The notes under the pieces: model-generated
Told to the model about the DNA's origin: nothing
The model's database searches: none
The model's input: only the letters and a program-made list of their open reading frames with translations
In this document: positions 14,352-27,830 of the stretch, one piece after another
Numbering within the stretch: the stretch's first letter is position 1
Layout of the letters: every line of letters begins with the position of its first letter
Program-made: the position numbers and the translations under genes
Assembly (NCBI GenBank): GCA_046563655.1
Contig: CM102285.1
Coordinates: 5,952,001-6,016,000, forward strand
DNA: 64,000 nucleotides
Direction: 5' to 3'
Source of the DNA: Yuukianura sp. NJ FZ-2021
Taxonomy: Eukaryota

Positions 14352-17300
14352 TTAATGTGGACGTGGAGTTGAAGATCCAGGGTTGAGTACTTGCTGTTGC
14401 TGTTGCGAGCGATTTCCAATACCAAGGAAAGCCATTTCCAGAAACTTCAATGTCCCCAAGAACGGACTTTCCGGATTCAAGGCAGCAAATTTTGAAACGC
14501 TGTTTTGGAAGACTGGGACGATTCTGCTTAGGCTTCGTAGCACTTTCTGATCCGTTAAATTCAACGTTCCAACGGCCGTTTGAAGGTACCTGAAATAGGT
14601 ATCATACGTGAATAAATGTTACATATGTAATATATGTAGTATTTGTCAAGTCTCCCAAGTAGCTACTACTCGCCTTTTCCACCTGAGCATTGTGATTGTG
14701 ATGGGGTTTATTTTAACGAATAAAGTACAAAATAGACAAAAAATTTCCCATGGTTGCAAAAATTTGAAAAGGGGTTGAGCTAAACCGGAATTAAATCCGT
14801 GTAACCACCACCGATATCAACCACGAAGCGGTATCGCTGTGGATATCTAAAAAGGTAGCCCACTGTATTGTAGTTAGTTTCAGGAAAGTGTTACTGTGAA
14901 AACCCCTTTTCATAATTTTCTAAATCATGGGAGATTACTTGTTTATTTTGTACTTCTCGCAAAATCAGCTCCATCACAGTCCGTCAGGTAAAAAATGAGA
15001 GTATATGCAACACCCTTCGTACGCCGTATTTCGCTTACATGATTTTGGTTTCAGTGTACGTTGTGATGTCTGCCGCCATTTGCTGAATAATTGACACATG
15101 GGAAACCGTGGGAAGATCACGAGTGAAAACCAAACTGGGAGATACTTTCATAGCCAACGACATTAAAATTTCGTGATCGGCCAGACTTGCCACCTAGAAT
15201 ATAAAGAATATATGTAAATAAAGACATATAAGAGCTAAATAATCAATAAATAAAGGCGTGAACTTGTCGACGTGTTCTGATTTCAAACTATCATCAATTC
15301 ACTACAATTCCCCTCACTGTTCAAGTGATTCACCATCGTGTATTATTTTGTTCTGGATTTACAACACTAATCGCTAAATGTTTACCTACCTTAGTAAATG
15401 CTCCTGTAATATCACCAGAATCGACTAAAGCACTTAGCTGTGCGAGTCTGACTGCCGGTTCGACGGGAGTGTGGCTGAGACCAATTGTGCCCTGGAGGTC
15501 TGACGGCGTAAGAGCTGGTGTGGCAGTACGGGGCATTAGAGTCGCTTCCAAGAATCTCTGCTGCTCAGCGAAGGCCTTCGACAGCTTCCGGGAGATATTC
15601 TCGTCCAATTGACTCAAAAGGCTCTCACGAATGGATGCACTGAACTGCCTAAGTTGGCATTCAACTTCGACTTGAAGAATGCTGCTCAAAGTGTCTGTCA
15701 TTTCTGAAAACTGGCGTTTGAGAGAGGCTTGAATTTCGTCGTTGTTGTTGCTACTAATGCGCACGGACGCCTCCACACCGGTCATATCTGTAGTAATTTA
15801 GCACAAAATTGGAACCAAAACTGCACGTCAGAAACTGGTACAATTTGTTTTTTCTGAAGACTTACACTCCTTTGTTCCCTTAAAAAACGTCTGGTTTACA
15901 GAATCGAAAAGAGCTTGCAGGGACTTTTCAAAATTTGGACACACTGATGTGCTGAAAACGTCACTCATTACGCCATCACATACAGATTTGACAGCTCCGG
16001 CTGTTTGTTCTGTTAACGCCGACTTGAAGTCCTACAAACATAGCAGAACAAACAGCAAAATCATAAATATGTGACAAGAATCCATCGTCACAAAAATTAT
16101 TTCAGCTTTGTTCAGTTGCAACTCACATTACTATTGAGAATTTGTCTAATATGCTGTTGAAGTTTGGACTCCCCGCTTTTAATCATACTGCTAATTTCGC
16201 TACTCAAATGTAGACCGACAGGCTCGAAAATTTTTAGCAGCTCTGAAACACAAAATGGGTTTTTGTATAACAAGGCTCTCTTTTCAAATTCAAAATATTG
16301 AATACTCACGCGGTAAAACAGTAGACTCAATTTCAGTCTTAATTGCATGAGCCAAATCCAAGGTTACGTTTTCAGTAAACCCTTTCGGTACACCACGAGT
16401 TTCCTGTATCCCAAGAACTTGAATTAAATTGACATCATTGAATGGTGCTGTAGAATTACATTTTGTTTTCAAAGCGCTTTACAAAATTCATGTCGTTTAC
16501 CAAAACTGTAGCATTGACGGCTTCTTCCGTTCGCCGCAATCGTGCCTCTATATTGCTCGTGTACTTGTCTAGGACCCTGTTTAACACGCTTTCATCCAAA
16601 GACTTTCCAGATCCCACCAACTGCACACCGTTTAGACGATTCACTTCTGTACGGAGTTCCTAAAAAAATTCAGAGATTAATTGTTAAAGGGTCTGTAAAT
16701 ACGAGTGAACGAAAAAAATCCGATTGATTATAGTCGTATAGCGTTCGTTATGTTGAGCGGAAGATACTGCTACTCTCCATCGCTTCTTTATGTTCTTACA
16801 CCAAAAAATTAAATAAGACTGGCGCATGACACTGTTCATACCTTTAATTCCTGAGCTTGGGCTTTCATCATGTCCATGATACTGTTGACTTGCTCTAGAA
16901 CATCAGGGATCTGGGACGGGCTAAGTCCAAGCTCTCCACCACCTAAAGACTTTGACTTTGCTGCCAATTTAAACGGAGGAGTTTTGGTTGGTTTGTCTTG
17001 TAGGTCAATGAGATTTCCCTCAGCATCTAACTGTATATTGTGGGATTCAGTTGTCACGAGCCCTTTGACTTCTGCCTCAACAGTTTGGAATCCAGAGACT
17101 TCCGGCTTGTGGACGACTAGAAGTAATAATTAGTAGATTCGAATTAGAAACAATGTCTAGTTAAACTAGTAAGTCGAATTTGCAAACTGGCTTACGTGAA
17201 TCGTTGTTTTTAGGACTCAGTATCTCTTCTACTTCTCTGCTTGGACTTGAAGAGGCATTGGATAAGTTTCCATTTGTGCTAGAGGTTCGGACACGTATTG

Positions 17301-20300
17301 GCAGCATACTATTGTCATTTCGCATCGTCTTCGTTGTGTTCCATAGTAGGAAAAAAAAGATCCACTATTACACAGTGTTTATCCCAGTTTCCCATTACTA
17401 AACAATACGGTGCGTGTCAAGGAAAATGAAATACAAATATGCATAAAAATCTTTGTAACGGTTACCAACGACTTTTATACTACGTAAACGTAAGGGATTC
17501 TAAGGCGCCACAAACTGGACAAAAACCCGAAGCAACGGTTTAAGGGAAGTAGAAAATTACATCCTTTAGAGGAAAAACGCATTAGGATTGGTTAATCTTA
17601 CGAAGTTTCGGTTTCGCTGACGCGCACCGTATACCATAACGTCATACATTAGCCCGGATAAACTTACCATTGTAGACATGAACGGATTTGAGCATGATGG
17701 TGAATTTTGACGTACACCGACGCCAATCAAAGAACTTAGTTGTTGTGTCAAGTGACTCACTGACGCTGGAGTTGCCTTAAGCTGATGAAGCGAGGCGTTC
17801 TGGCCGGATGAAACAGGCGTGGAAGACGTCTCCTGACGCTTAGTGAAAGAATCAGGAGACAAGGCGCTAGCAGGGGAATGCTGTGATGAAAATGGGAGAC
17901 AACTTTTTTCCGTAACGACGACGTCTGATTTCTCCTCACTTTCTTCGCCGGAATCTCTCCCTTCTCCATCTAACCAAAAACAAATCCGATTCCTTGTAAC
18001 TTTTCTATTCAGGTTAAAATATCAAAGTCGAAAGTATAAGGATGTGTGTGCTACCTTTGTATGATACCGTATCATCGAATGAGATCCTACTTTCCGTTCT
18101 GACGCCGTTGTCATTTTGATATGGCTCCACAGGGGGAAGAAAGGCAATGGTGGCTCCCATCAATGACTTTGGTTGGACAAACATTAGGTCAACCACACAG
18201 GCGTCTGCGTCACTTAAGTCGTCTGAAACTAAAGAAAATACAGAGAATTATATTCAACATCATTATTTGCAGATTCGTAATGTCGGTGTAAGAGATTGTG
18301 AAACAGTCAGTTAATCGTTTTTACTTTCACTAAGTCGAAAGTATTACACCTAAACCTGTTTATGCTGGAAACTGTCAGAATAAACGAAACGAATGGAAGT
18401 AGAGTCTATTTCCAATTCCACTGTCAGCAAGTCTACTTCCCAGATCAGCAATGATCAGGTGAAGGTTATCACTGGCAGTGTGGATCCTGGATTCCATGGA
18501 ATATGTTCGAAATAATCTATGTTGAGTGGTGGCCATTCTTTTCAGTCAAAGACGGAAAAGAACGACCACCATTCGCACCATAGAAAAATCGAAATCCACA
18601 AATTGAAGAATTGTGAAAAAAAAATTGAAATAGAAATGTGAAAAGGTCAGCAAGCAACAAAAGTAACTTATGCACTGCAAACATTACTGTTCACTGGTGA
18701 TTACAAATAGTACATATAGTACACACAAGAAACGTTGTACATAAGTTACTTCACGACGCAGCAGGTCGTAAAATTCGGTTTTATCGTCGCACTGTACTAT
18801 CGAAGGCCGGTAACAGCCGATAGGATTAAAAGACATAATATCAAACCAAAAAACTGGTACACAGTCTATCACCCTTGATTCGTTGATTCCTTACAGAAAT
18901 TCTCAAGTCCTCGTGTGTTGATTTCCCGTTTATTATAAAATTCTGCCCGGGAAACATTGAACCCAAGAATTGAGACTGGAATGGAAAATTCTGCTATCCA
19001 TTTCCAACGGGCAGAATTGTCATCATGTTCGATATGCAGCAAGTACAGGGCCTTAGAATAAAAAAAGGCAATCATTTAATAAGTAAACTTAACAGTATAG
19101 TATTAGAACTTAAAAGGTCGGGCACTGGCTTACTTTTCTTTGTGCATCTGAAAGAACGAAAAAGTTTGCTGTGACATCAATTCCCATTCGAAGCGAAGAG
19201 GGATCAGGCGAAGAGAAACGAAGGATCTGAATACATTCCCACTTCACACAATTCCACATCTTAAGCTCACTCATATTTGACCCCGCCGTAATTACAAACT
19301 TCCAGTACTGAGATCTGCAAGTAAAGCGTACAAATAGGAGGAGAGATCAATACTACTTGGTTAACAGCCACGAATTCATTATCTGCAATTGTGTTGGCTT
19401 TGGCCTTAACTATAGTGGATTAAGGAAAAGTGCTTAAGTCTTTTAGTGAAATCTCTAGAAAAATCTTACTCAGAGTCATTGTTCTCCAGGGTATGGTCAT
19501 CAAGGAAAAAGATCCTAGACACAGGTTCACCATCATGAGGAGACCAGGAGTACAGACAACGCGGGTCCCCACCCGACTCAGAGAGCAGGTAAATCTAGAT
19601 TTTGTGATTTAAAAAGCAGAAATATTATTGATGGAGGTTGAAAATGAAATTTTGAAAAACCATGCTTAGAAGCTATAGATTCCTTATGTTTTATGTATTG
19701 TGGACTCTTTCATGAAATCAACTCCATGAGATTCATGGCAGGCGTCAATTTCGAACGAGGAAACAAAGAGCGTCGGGTTGAAACCGAATAGCAGGGATGT
19801 TTCGTTTTTTAAGCACATTTTGTACGAACCATCCTAACTTGACGTGTAAGGTTAAATTAACTAGAATTTAGATGACGAGTCCAGTTACAAGTACCATTAG
19901 CAATACGGCTCCCGTCCCAGTGATACTGCAACTGATAGCCAGCATAGTGCTAAAGGGACTTGCGTTTGTGTTGCAAATGGCAAAAAGCTTAGTGATAGGT
20001 TTTCTCTCCAAACTCTTTGCCATTTCCGGTGGTAGTGCATCCCTACCCATCCATGAACAAAAACAAAACCTAATATTACCAAAATTACACGGAGGAAATT
20101 ATTCACTGCGAATTAGCGGATATTACCTGGAAGAATTTTACAGTGCCGTCGCGGCTGGCTGTAGCAATTGCAGTCCCATCCGGAGCGAAAGAGGCATCTA
20201 CAACGGCTTGCGTATGTTCTCTTATGACCAGATAGGTTCCCATTAAAGTCGAAAAATTGTGAACCCCTTCTCCATAGTTATCGATCACTGAACGCAGATT

Positions 20301-21389
20301 AGTTACATAGACCTGAAACAAGATATCACCGAATTAATTTGGATGTGGACACAGTTTTACGTAGTAATCGAATCTTACCAAATCGTCCTCAATAATCGCA
20401 AATTGATAGGCAGGCGAATTTCGCGTCACTGGGACTTCCGTATCAGCCGAATCAGAAATGCCATCTGGAACGTAGCGACACCAAATAAAACGGCGACAGT
20501 CCAGAGCATGCGTTGGTCCCTCAAGTTCCACTTGCAGGAGCAAAGTGGTTCTAGACAACAACAACAGTATTAATTCTTACTCATCCATCTCATGACGATA
20601 TAAAATAAAATTACTACTACTTAATTAAAAGTCTATCTATACATTCATAAAGTATTCGGAGCAGAGGAACGTATTCCCGGGAGGTAATAGGTAAATTCCA
20701 ATCGGATCTCCAATGGAAGGAAAAATTGTAGCGGCGAGTACAACTTACTCGCCGCGTAGTACAACGTATACAAGCATAGAAGTCTATTTACATTTTATTA
20801 TGTTCAAAATTTTAAAAATGGGCAAGGGAGCAGGGAGGTTAGTTTCGAATCCGGATATGATTCCTTTCCTGGAGATATTCACACTTTTATGAGCCCGAGA
20901 AATTTATAGGGCGTCAATGGCGTAAATCGTTAGTTTATCATAAACTCGCAGCATCGCTTCCATATATGTACTTAAGTAGATTAGCTTACTCGAGTGTTGG
21001 GTCCTGTTGAACGCGGTATACATAAGAGGTACCATATTCGTCGATGAAACCGAGAATCACTTCTTCTTTCTTGTGCATGAACTCAACGTCCCGAATAAGG
21101 CCTTTATTGGCACGCATTAGTGCTCGTTGCTGTGTTTCCAGATCCAGAATGCGAACTGCTCCATTCAGACCAAGCTTCACACAATAAGCGATATACTTTC
21201 GACTGTAGTGAATCGCTGTGAGTCGACCAACGCCATTTTGAGCGTCCCATGAATAGTCCACCACACTAGTAAGTTTCACTTTAGAGGAGTTCTCCACTTT
21301 CTGATTCGATCTGCTGGGGTAAACGGTGAGTGTATGAGTTTCTTCATTGATCACAAACGAATGTCGACCTTGGGCCTCGTTAAATTTTC
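14352..21389 (-). CDS. EDC4: Enhancer of mRNA-decapping protein 4 (Ge-1); multi-exon, first exon not located
   Basis: WD40 exons SSKVKLTSVVDYSWD..., CRRFIWCRYVP, VVDASFAPDGTAIATASRDGTVKFFQ|IYLLSESGGDPRCLYSWSPHDGEPVSRIFFLD, WKFVITAG, then a Ser-rich linker and a helical C-terminal domain ending at stop 14352. Confidence 0.92.
14672..14995. mobile_element. Degenerate foldback MITE in an EDC4 intron
   Basis: GTGATGGGG..AAGTACAAAATAGACAA..CCCATG..GAAAAGGGGTT is mirrored by AACCCCTTTTC..CATGGG..TTGTTTATTTTGTACTT..CTCCATCAC. Confidence 0.65.
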
Positions 21390-21925
21390 TGTTGAAAAAA
21401 AAAACACAAACAATACTCAATAATAATGATTAATGATTAATTCCGCGCTAGCTAAGACGAGTTGTCGAAGTCTTAGAAGAAAAGCACACAAAATTGTGCT
21501 TTGCTGGAATTCGCAGGCGTGAATGGAATGGAAACCGAAAAAGTGAAATAACTATGTTCGATTGTTAAAGATTCTGGTATAGAGGTGAACTATTCAGATC
21601 AAATATCTGGATTTCAAAGTGATTTGCTATCCCCTTCCAAACTAAACTAAACACTGCGGACCCCAGCCAGTAGCCACTGGATCGAATGTGACAAGTCAAA
21701 ATCCTCGTGCTACAAAACTGCAGGTACATTTGCAGTTTATCTTTGAGGTTGAATGGAAGCATCTTAAACAATCTACTCGAAACGAAACTGGCATCGAACG
21801 GACGGGGGGAACCGCAACCGATCGAGTTGCAGTTTCATTCTGTAGTTCCAAGTTCGAACTGCCAAGTTAGGTGTTGGAACTTCCAACACCCACCACCTAA
21901 CCTTAAAACAAGATTTAGGTTAACC

Positions 21926-22103
21926 GGTTGGAGAGTAGCAAAGGGGTCCGTTTTTCTTTTAGTGTGAGCTATGTTTATCAAATCAGGACACAGTGCACAG
22001 TCCCTGAGTTAGGTTAGGTTAGGTGTTGAAGGTGCACTGTGTCCTGATTTGATAACCTAACTCACACTAAAAGAAAAACGGACCCCATTGCTACTCTCCA
22101 ACC
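21926..22103 (+). mobile_element. Palindromic MITE, GGTTGGAGAGTAG family copy 1, (TTAGG)3 in loop, 8-bp TSD
   Basis: GGTTAACC|GGTTGGAGAGTAGC ... GCTACTCTCCAACC|GGTTAACC; ~70-bp arms; loop GTTAGGTTAGGTTAGG. Confidence 0.88.
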
Positions 22104-22882
22104 GGTTAACCTAATCCAGCATCCTCCATTCCCCACTGTTTTAGGTTGGGTGGTGGTCGTGGTAGTGGATTCGAACGGAAGAATGAAACTGCAACTTTGC
22201 CCCGAAACCGATTGACAGTAATGGACATTCTCAATATCTCAATGACTCTTTTATTTCTTACATTGTCTCGTCCATGGCTTCCTTCAATACCATCAGAACA
22301 GTGGTTGTTGAGCGATTGCCGGATATACCAGTTGCTTTTTGATGACCTAAACCCAAGTCTATTCACCTATACATGAAAAGGCAGAGGATCGAAAGGTTAC
22401 TGACACACGGCCACTATTTCAATTAATGATTTTGAGTAGGTTCGCCGGTATTATTAGAAAAGAAAGGATGGGTTTGGACTGGGAGCTTTGGTTGAAGTGA
22501 GACGAGAAGTAACTTCTGTACTCCTTGCCGACTAATTGCAATTCGTAATCCTTCAAGACGTTAAAATATGACGTGAATCTAATTTTTTAATCTAAACTGA
22601 GGATGAGGAAGTTTCTCAATTAGCACTATAATAAATAACCTATTTAAACCGCACTTTTTGGTCCTGACTCATTCATGACATAAGCATCACTGTGATGCCT
22701 ATAGAGGTGTTTGTTGTGTGTATACAATAATACAGCATTGGGTGTAATGTGCACTTATTTATAGGGACTGGGGCTTGACGAATTCCCAATTATGAGCGGA
22801 AACCAAGATGAGATGGAAGTGTAGGGAACGCGTGAGTGTACGCGATTGTTAGACGAACACAAAAATAGGGTAATTTGATTTA

Positions 22883-23106
22883 CAGAGGAACCCCTGAGTT
22901 AGCAAATCGCTCCTATTTGTTGGATTCAAAAAAGGGACCGCCTTGTTATCGTAAAGTTCCAGTGTGAGGTTATTCTTATCTTTACTCTTATCAGTTTGTC
23001 AACAAAAAATTTACAACGGCAACCTTTTCGCTCCTTTTTGAACGGTTACGGTACCCGCCACAAAAAAAGGGAGGGATTTCTTTTTGCTAACTCAGGGGTA
23101 ACTCTG
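22883..23106. mobile_element. Tc1/mariner-type MITE with TA TSD
   Basis: TA|CAGAGGAACCCCTGAGTTAGCAAA ... TTTGCTAACTCAGGGGTAACTCTG|TA. Confidence 0.8.
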
Positions 23107-23741
23107 TATATGTAATGTAATATAATGTAAAGAAGATCTGAGTCCTGGGTGTAGAAAAAAAGCCTCACAAAACATAACCATTGCACTAATCAGAACATCA
23201 GTGGAGCACATTTTTGTTGTAGATTATATATTTCCCAACACATTTACTCTAGCTGCGCAGCGCAACTACTTAGGTAAAACAGGAGTTGCGAGTGCGAGAG
23301 CCATGCTAGGATCGTCGACGTATCTGTTGCAAACAGGGAATTAAATAAAGTCGTCTTCGTTTTGGTGGTATAGAATCGTGGCTTTTACATTTTTCATTAT
23401 CTGCGGGAAGGTTGCATAAATAATTATTGAGTTTCTTTGAACTAACTGTCAAACAACCTATGGAATCATGTGAGTCAGTGGATTAGTTTACTCTGTTCTG
23501 GACAAATATTCGGAATCATCAGTCATCAGTCAGTGGATTAGGTTCCTCCATGGCTATGCTCCAGCATATGCCCGTATTACTAGCATAGGAAGTAATGTTG
23601 TTCTTTGTAGTTTTTTTTTTTAGTTTCTGTTTCTGATCTATGCATGGTTTTGATTTTTTCGTGGTTTCCTACAAAGATTTGTGTGTCATCAGTCCATTCC
23701 CATTCAGTGGACGATTATCAGAGTCAGTGGAATACACATTA

Positions 23742-25787
23742 ATGGGTTCAGAAGACGAAGAAACTGGGAATGCTGGGTTTTCCCGACATAGAGGCCATGA
23801 CACGTGCCCGGGGATTTGCATAGACATAACTAAATGGCTTCCAGTATTGTTCATAATTTCTGTGATTAGTTGGTCCTACTACGCCTTTGTCATTCAGCTA
23901 TGTCTACTTAGCATGCCGGATATCTGGTTGCAGATTGTGAGTTTGACATTGTACCACATTTTTCTCACTTTGTTTCTGTGGTCGTACTGGCAAACTATCT
24001 TCTCCAAGTCCGGACGTATCCCTCGAAAGTTTCGGATTTCTCCTGGTAAGTACCGTTCAGTTATTTCTCCCTTTCTTTTCTATTAACATTTTTTCGAGTG
24101 CCTTCTTATCAAGCCGTCGAAAGTGCTGAGGAGAAGGTGTGAAAATGCCGAGGAGAGTAAAATAATTAAAAAGTCAGCGTAGGATGTAGTACAAATGGAG
24201 ACATGATACCTGCGAAACGCTTACTTGCTCACTTTGCAATGACTTTCTTACTTTATCTCCTTCGTCATAGAGATTGACTAATAAGCAAACGCTTTATTTA
24301 ATATTAAAGGTGATCTGGATCGTGTCGAGTCCGCTCAGAGTGAAGCAGAAGTGAATCAAGTTCTAGATTCCATTGTTCGAGCCAATCAACTACCTGTTTT
24401 GACCCGAACGAATATCACTCAGATTCGGTACTGCGAGAAATGTTCAATTATTAAGCCGGACAGATGTCATCATTGCAGCGTATGCAGGCGCTGTGTACTC
24501 AAAATGGACCATCACTGCCCTTGGGTAAGATACAAGTTGTATCATTACAACCCAATGGACACTCGTAACTTTTAAGTCCAAGCACAGTAAAACGTTTCAT
24601 TTCTGAATTCGGAATTCGCTCGGATTGGTTGGTTGGCTCGAAATTTTTCTATGCTTACCTTTATGTTTGTTATGGCTTTCAATAAGCGGTATTGGATCAC
24701 AGAGAATTCCAACAGTTGATTCGTGTCTCTCTGAACGTGGGATTCTTTCACAAAGTTTTTAGTGCCACTGTGTAGGTATCGTGCAAACGAGCAAAGCGTG
24801 TTTCCGAATAAGACGTTTTACTGTACAACTAGGCATTATCGAATTACTGCAATAATGACCTTATATTTTGATGTATTTTTCTACAGGTGAATAACTGCGT
24901 GTGCTTCGACAACTACAAATTCTTTGTACTTTTCCTTTTTTATGCATTTTCCTATTGTTTCGTTATTTTCGTCTTCTCCCTTCCGTACTTTGTTCAGTTC
25001 TGGAGCCGAGAAAGAAACGAAATTGGAACTGCTGCTGATGGCGGGAAGTTTCACATCCTTTTTGTATTCTTTGTTGCAGTGATGTTTGCTTTGAGTCTTG
25101 TTTCTCTTTTTCTATACCACATTTACCTGATTACCAAGAATCGGTCCACACTCGAAGCCTTTCGATCACCAATCTTCATCGATGGCCCTGATAGGAAAGG
25201 ATTTAGTCTGGGAGCTTACTATAACTTCCTTGAAATTTTCGGAGAAAACAAGACAACCTGGTTTTTGCCAATTTTCACATCGCTTGGGGACGGAATCGCC
25301 TTCCCAACACGACAGAATAGGATTGGGGCTATGGGAAATTACAATTCAATTGACATCACAGATACCTCTAGGTAGGTAACCATCACTAGTATTTGGTAAT
25401 CTCTTGCGTAGAGGAGAGAGTAAGACGAACAAGCAGTGTTGCGGTGTTCCTGAATTTTACTGGAACTCTCGATTAGGCTTAGGACGTATGAATTTGGGCT
25501 TGGGGGGAACACTGGAGGAAATTCAGAAAAAAAATCGTTAGGCGAAATCAAAGTACCTTGACATGTTTTCTAAACAAATGTTTTTCGATTGCAGTACACC
25601 ACCGGAACATGAAAATGGGCAAGATATGGGCTTAGACCCAAAACCAGATTCGCAAAAGCCTAACCTCATGACTGAATTCCCCATGTCACGGCAAGTGAAT
25701 GGTCAAGGCAGAGTTAACGAAGCAAACGGAAACCCATCTTCAGTCAATACATCCAGTGAAACGACGCCACCTCTAGTGTCATTTTGA
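23742..25787 (+). CDS. DHHC palmitoyltransferase, ZDHHC2/15/20 subfamily (exons 23742-24045, 24310-24524, 24887-25371, 25595-25787)
   Basis: [80 protein letters not shown]; splice phases are consistent. Confidence 0.96.
24584..24824. mobile_element. Small intronic MITE
   Basis: Short TIR ACAGTAAAACGT ... ACGTTTTACTGT. Confidence 0.5.
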
Positions 25788-25925
25788 TGAAAACCAGAAA
25801 GAAGTCGCAAATAAAAGATGGACTGTAAAAGGGATCAACATAACTGCTAGGTTAGGCTAGATTCCTCTATGCTTACACCAACTATGTACGAAGAAAGTAG
25901 TAGGTGGAAGTATTTAGATAAAGTA

Positions 25926-27830
25926 TGTCTAAGTTCAAAGGACACATTTTGTTTTTTGTATATTTTATCGCACAACAATTGCAAATTGGGTCAGGCATCA
26001 CACTTCAATATTTTTTACGGTTCGCTAGACGACACAGAGCGCGTTGGTACCCCTTGTGACCGATTTCACGGAGAAAGGTGAAGGCAGGGGCCATGACTTT
26101 CTCCCCATGCACTTTCTCCACTTCCGCCGCCATATTGCACCAAATTCGCACAAATCCCCGGGCGTTTTTTGCTGGAGGCTATCGAGCAGAGTACTTTTTC
26201 TTTCCTAACATCCAAAACTTCTCAATTCCTCTGGCCTGCGGGACGTTATGGGGGTTCCGATCTTCCCGGAGAAAGTTGACATTTTCGGATCCCAAGTACT
26301 TAGTCGCAGATTTTGCGTATTGGCACGAAGCTAGGTCGGGCCAAAACAATACATCTTCTAAATTATGATGTTTTTTGATGAATGGGATGAGTTTTTCCTG
26401 CAAAAGTTGCAAATACACGTGCTGATGCATCCTGCCTTCGCAAAGAAACTGTTCCGAAGAAACAGCTTTCACTTTTTGAATGACCTTGTCGGTCATGACC
26501 TTTCGTTTTCGGGTGTTATTTGGCTTGTAGACACTTTCACCACTTGTATTGTATCTGTCTATGATACGGTAAATGGTTTTGGGTTGAATACCCTCACTTG
26601 CAAAATGTTTTACCGTGACCGATTTGACACCCGATTTGCAACATTTTTATGAAATGTTACAACACGATTCGCGAAAGATTGTCTTTCGGCTCTCGTCATT
26701 TTTGTAAAACTGATTCAAAAAATCTGAAAATTTGCAATTTTGAAGACAAGTGTGGTATGAACTTCGCGGGCAAAAGAGGGTGCCAGAAGTTATCCCCATC
26801 CCCAAAAACCTGAAGTTAGCCCCAACCCCAAAATCCTGAAGTTAGCCCCAACCCCAAAAACCTGAAGTTAGCCCCAAAAAAAAACTTTCCAGTCCCAAAA
26901 AGCTGCTCTAGCCCCAAAAAATTGTTCCATCCCCAAAAAATTGTTCTAGCCCCAAAAAACTGTTCTAGCCCCAAAAACCTGAAGTTAGCCCCAAAAAAAC
27001 TTTCCTGCCCCAAAAAATTGTTCTAGCCCCCAAAAACTGTTTAGCCCCAACAAACTGAAGTTAGCCCCAAAAAAACTTTCCAGCCCCAAAAAACTGTTTA
27101 GCCCCAACAAACTGAAGTTAGCCCCAAAAAAACTTTCCAGCCCCAAAAAGTTGTTCTAGCCCCTAAAAAATGTTCTAGCGCCAAAAAAGTGTTCTAGCCC
27201 AAAAAATGTTCTAGCCCCAAATAAATGTTCTAGCCCCCAAAAAACTTTCCAGCCCCCAAACTTAATGAAACTGAGTATTATTTCTACAACAGGGCTGGAA
27301 AGTTTTATGGGGGCTAGAACATTTATTTGGGGCTAGAACAGTTTTTTGGGGCTGCAAATTTTCTTTGGGGCTAACTTCAGGTTTTTGGGGCTAGAACAGT
27401 TTTTTGGGGCTAGAACAATTTTTTGGGGCTAGAACAGTTTTTTTGGGCTAGAACAACTTTCTGCCATTTTTGGGGATGGACGTTAGTTTCAGCCGTTTTT
27501 GGGGATGGACAGTACTTTCTGCCATTTTTGGGAATGGACGTTAGTTTCAGCCGTTTTTGGGGATGGACAGTAGTTTCTGCCATTTTTGGGGCTGGACATT
27601 AGTTTCAGCCGTTTTTGGGGATGGACAGTAGTTTCTGCCATTTTTGGGGATGGACATTAGTTTCAGCCGTTTTTGGGGTTGGGGCTAACTTCAGGTTTTT
27701 GGGGTTGGGGCTTACTTCAGGTTTTTGGGGTTGGGGATAACTTCTTGCTCCCGGCAAAAGAGCTAATTCCAAGGGCTCACTAAACCTAAGAACTGTATGA
27801 TCCAAAAAATGTGTCCTTTGAACTTAGACA
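25926..27830 (-). mobile_element. Decayed IS630-Tc1-mariner transposon of DD37E type
   Basis: 25-bp TIR TGTCTAAGTTCAAAGGACACATTTT at both ends (TA on the left). The broken transposase at about 26000-26700 has VLFWPDLASC...NPHNVPQARGIEKFW, with 37 residues between the D and the E. Confidence 0.88.
26778..27752. mobile_element. Foldback (Mutator/FB-like) element with subrepeat-built arms and 9-bp TSD, nested in the DD37E element
   Basis: GGCAAAAGA|GGGTGCCAGAAGTTATCCCC ... GGGGATAACTTCTTGCTCCC|GGCAAAAGA; arms made of GCCCCAAAAA-type subrepeats. Confidence 0.9.

Noticed and set aside
18340..18590. Possible intronic ncRNA or short ORF with a hairpin at about 18527-18572
   Set aside because: No convincing snoRNA boxes or recognisable protein; needs an Rfam search.
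19868..20072. Coding-looking ORFs inside an EDC4 intron
   Set aside because: The flanking EDC4 exons join in frame without them and I recognise no homology; an alternative exon cannot be supported.
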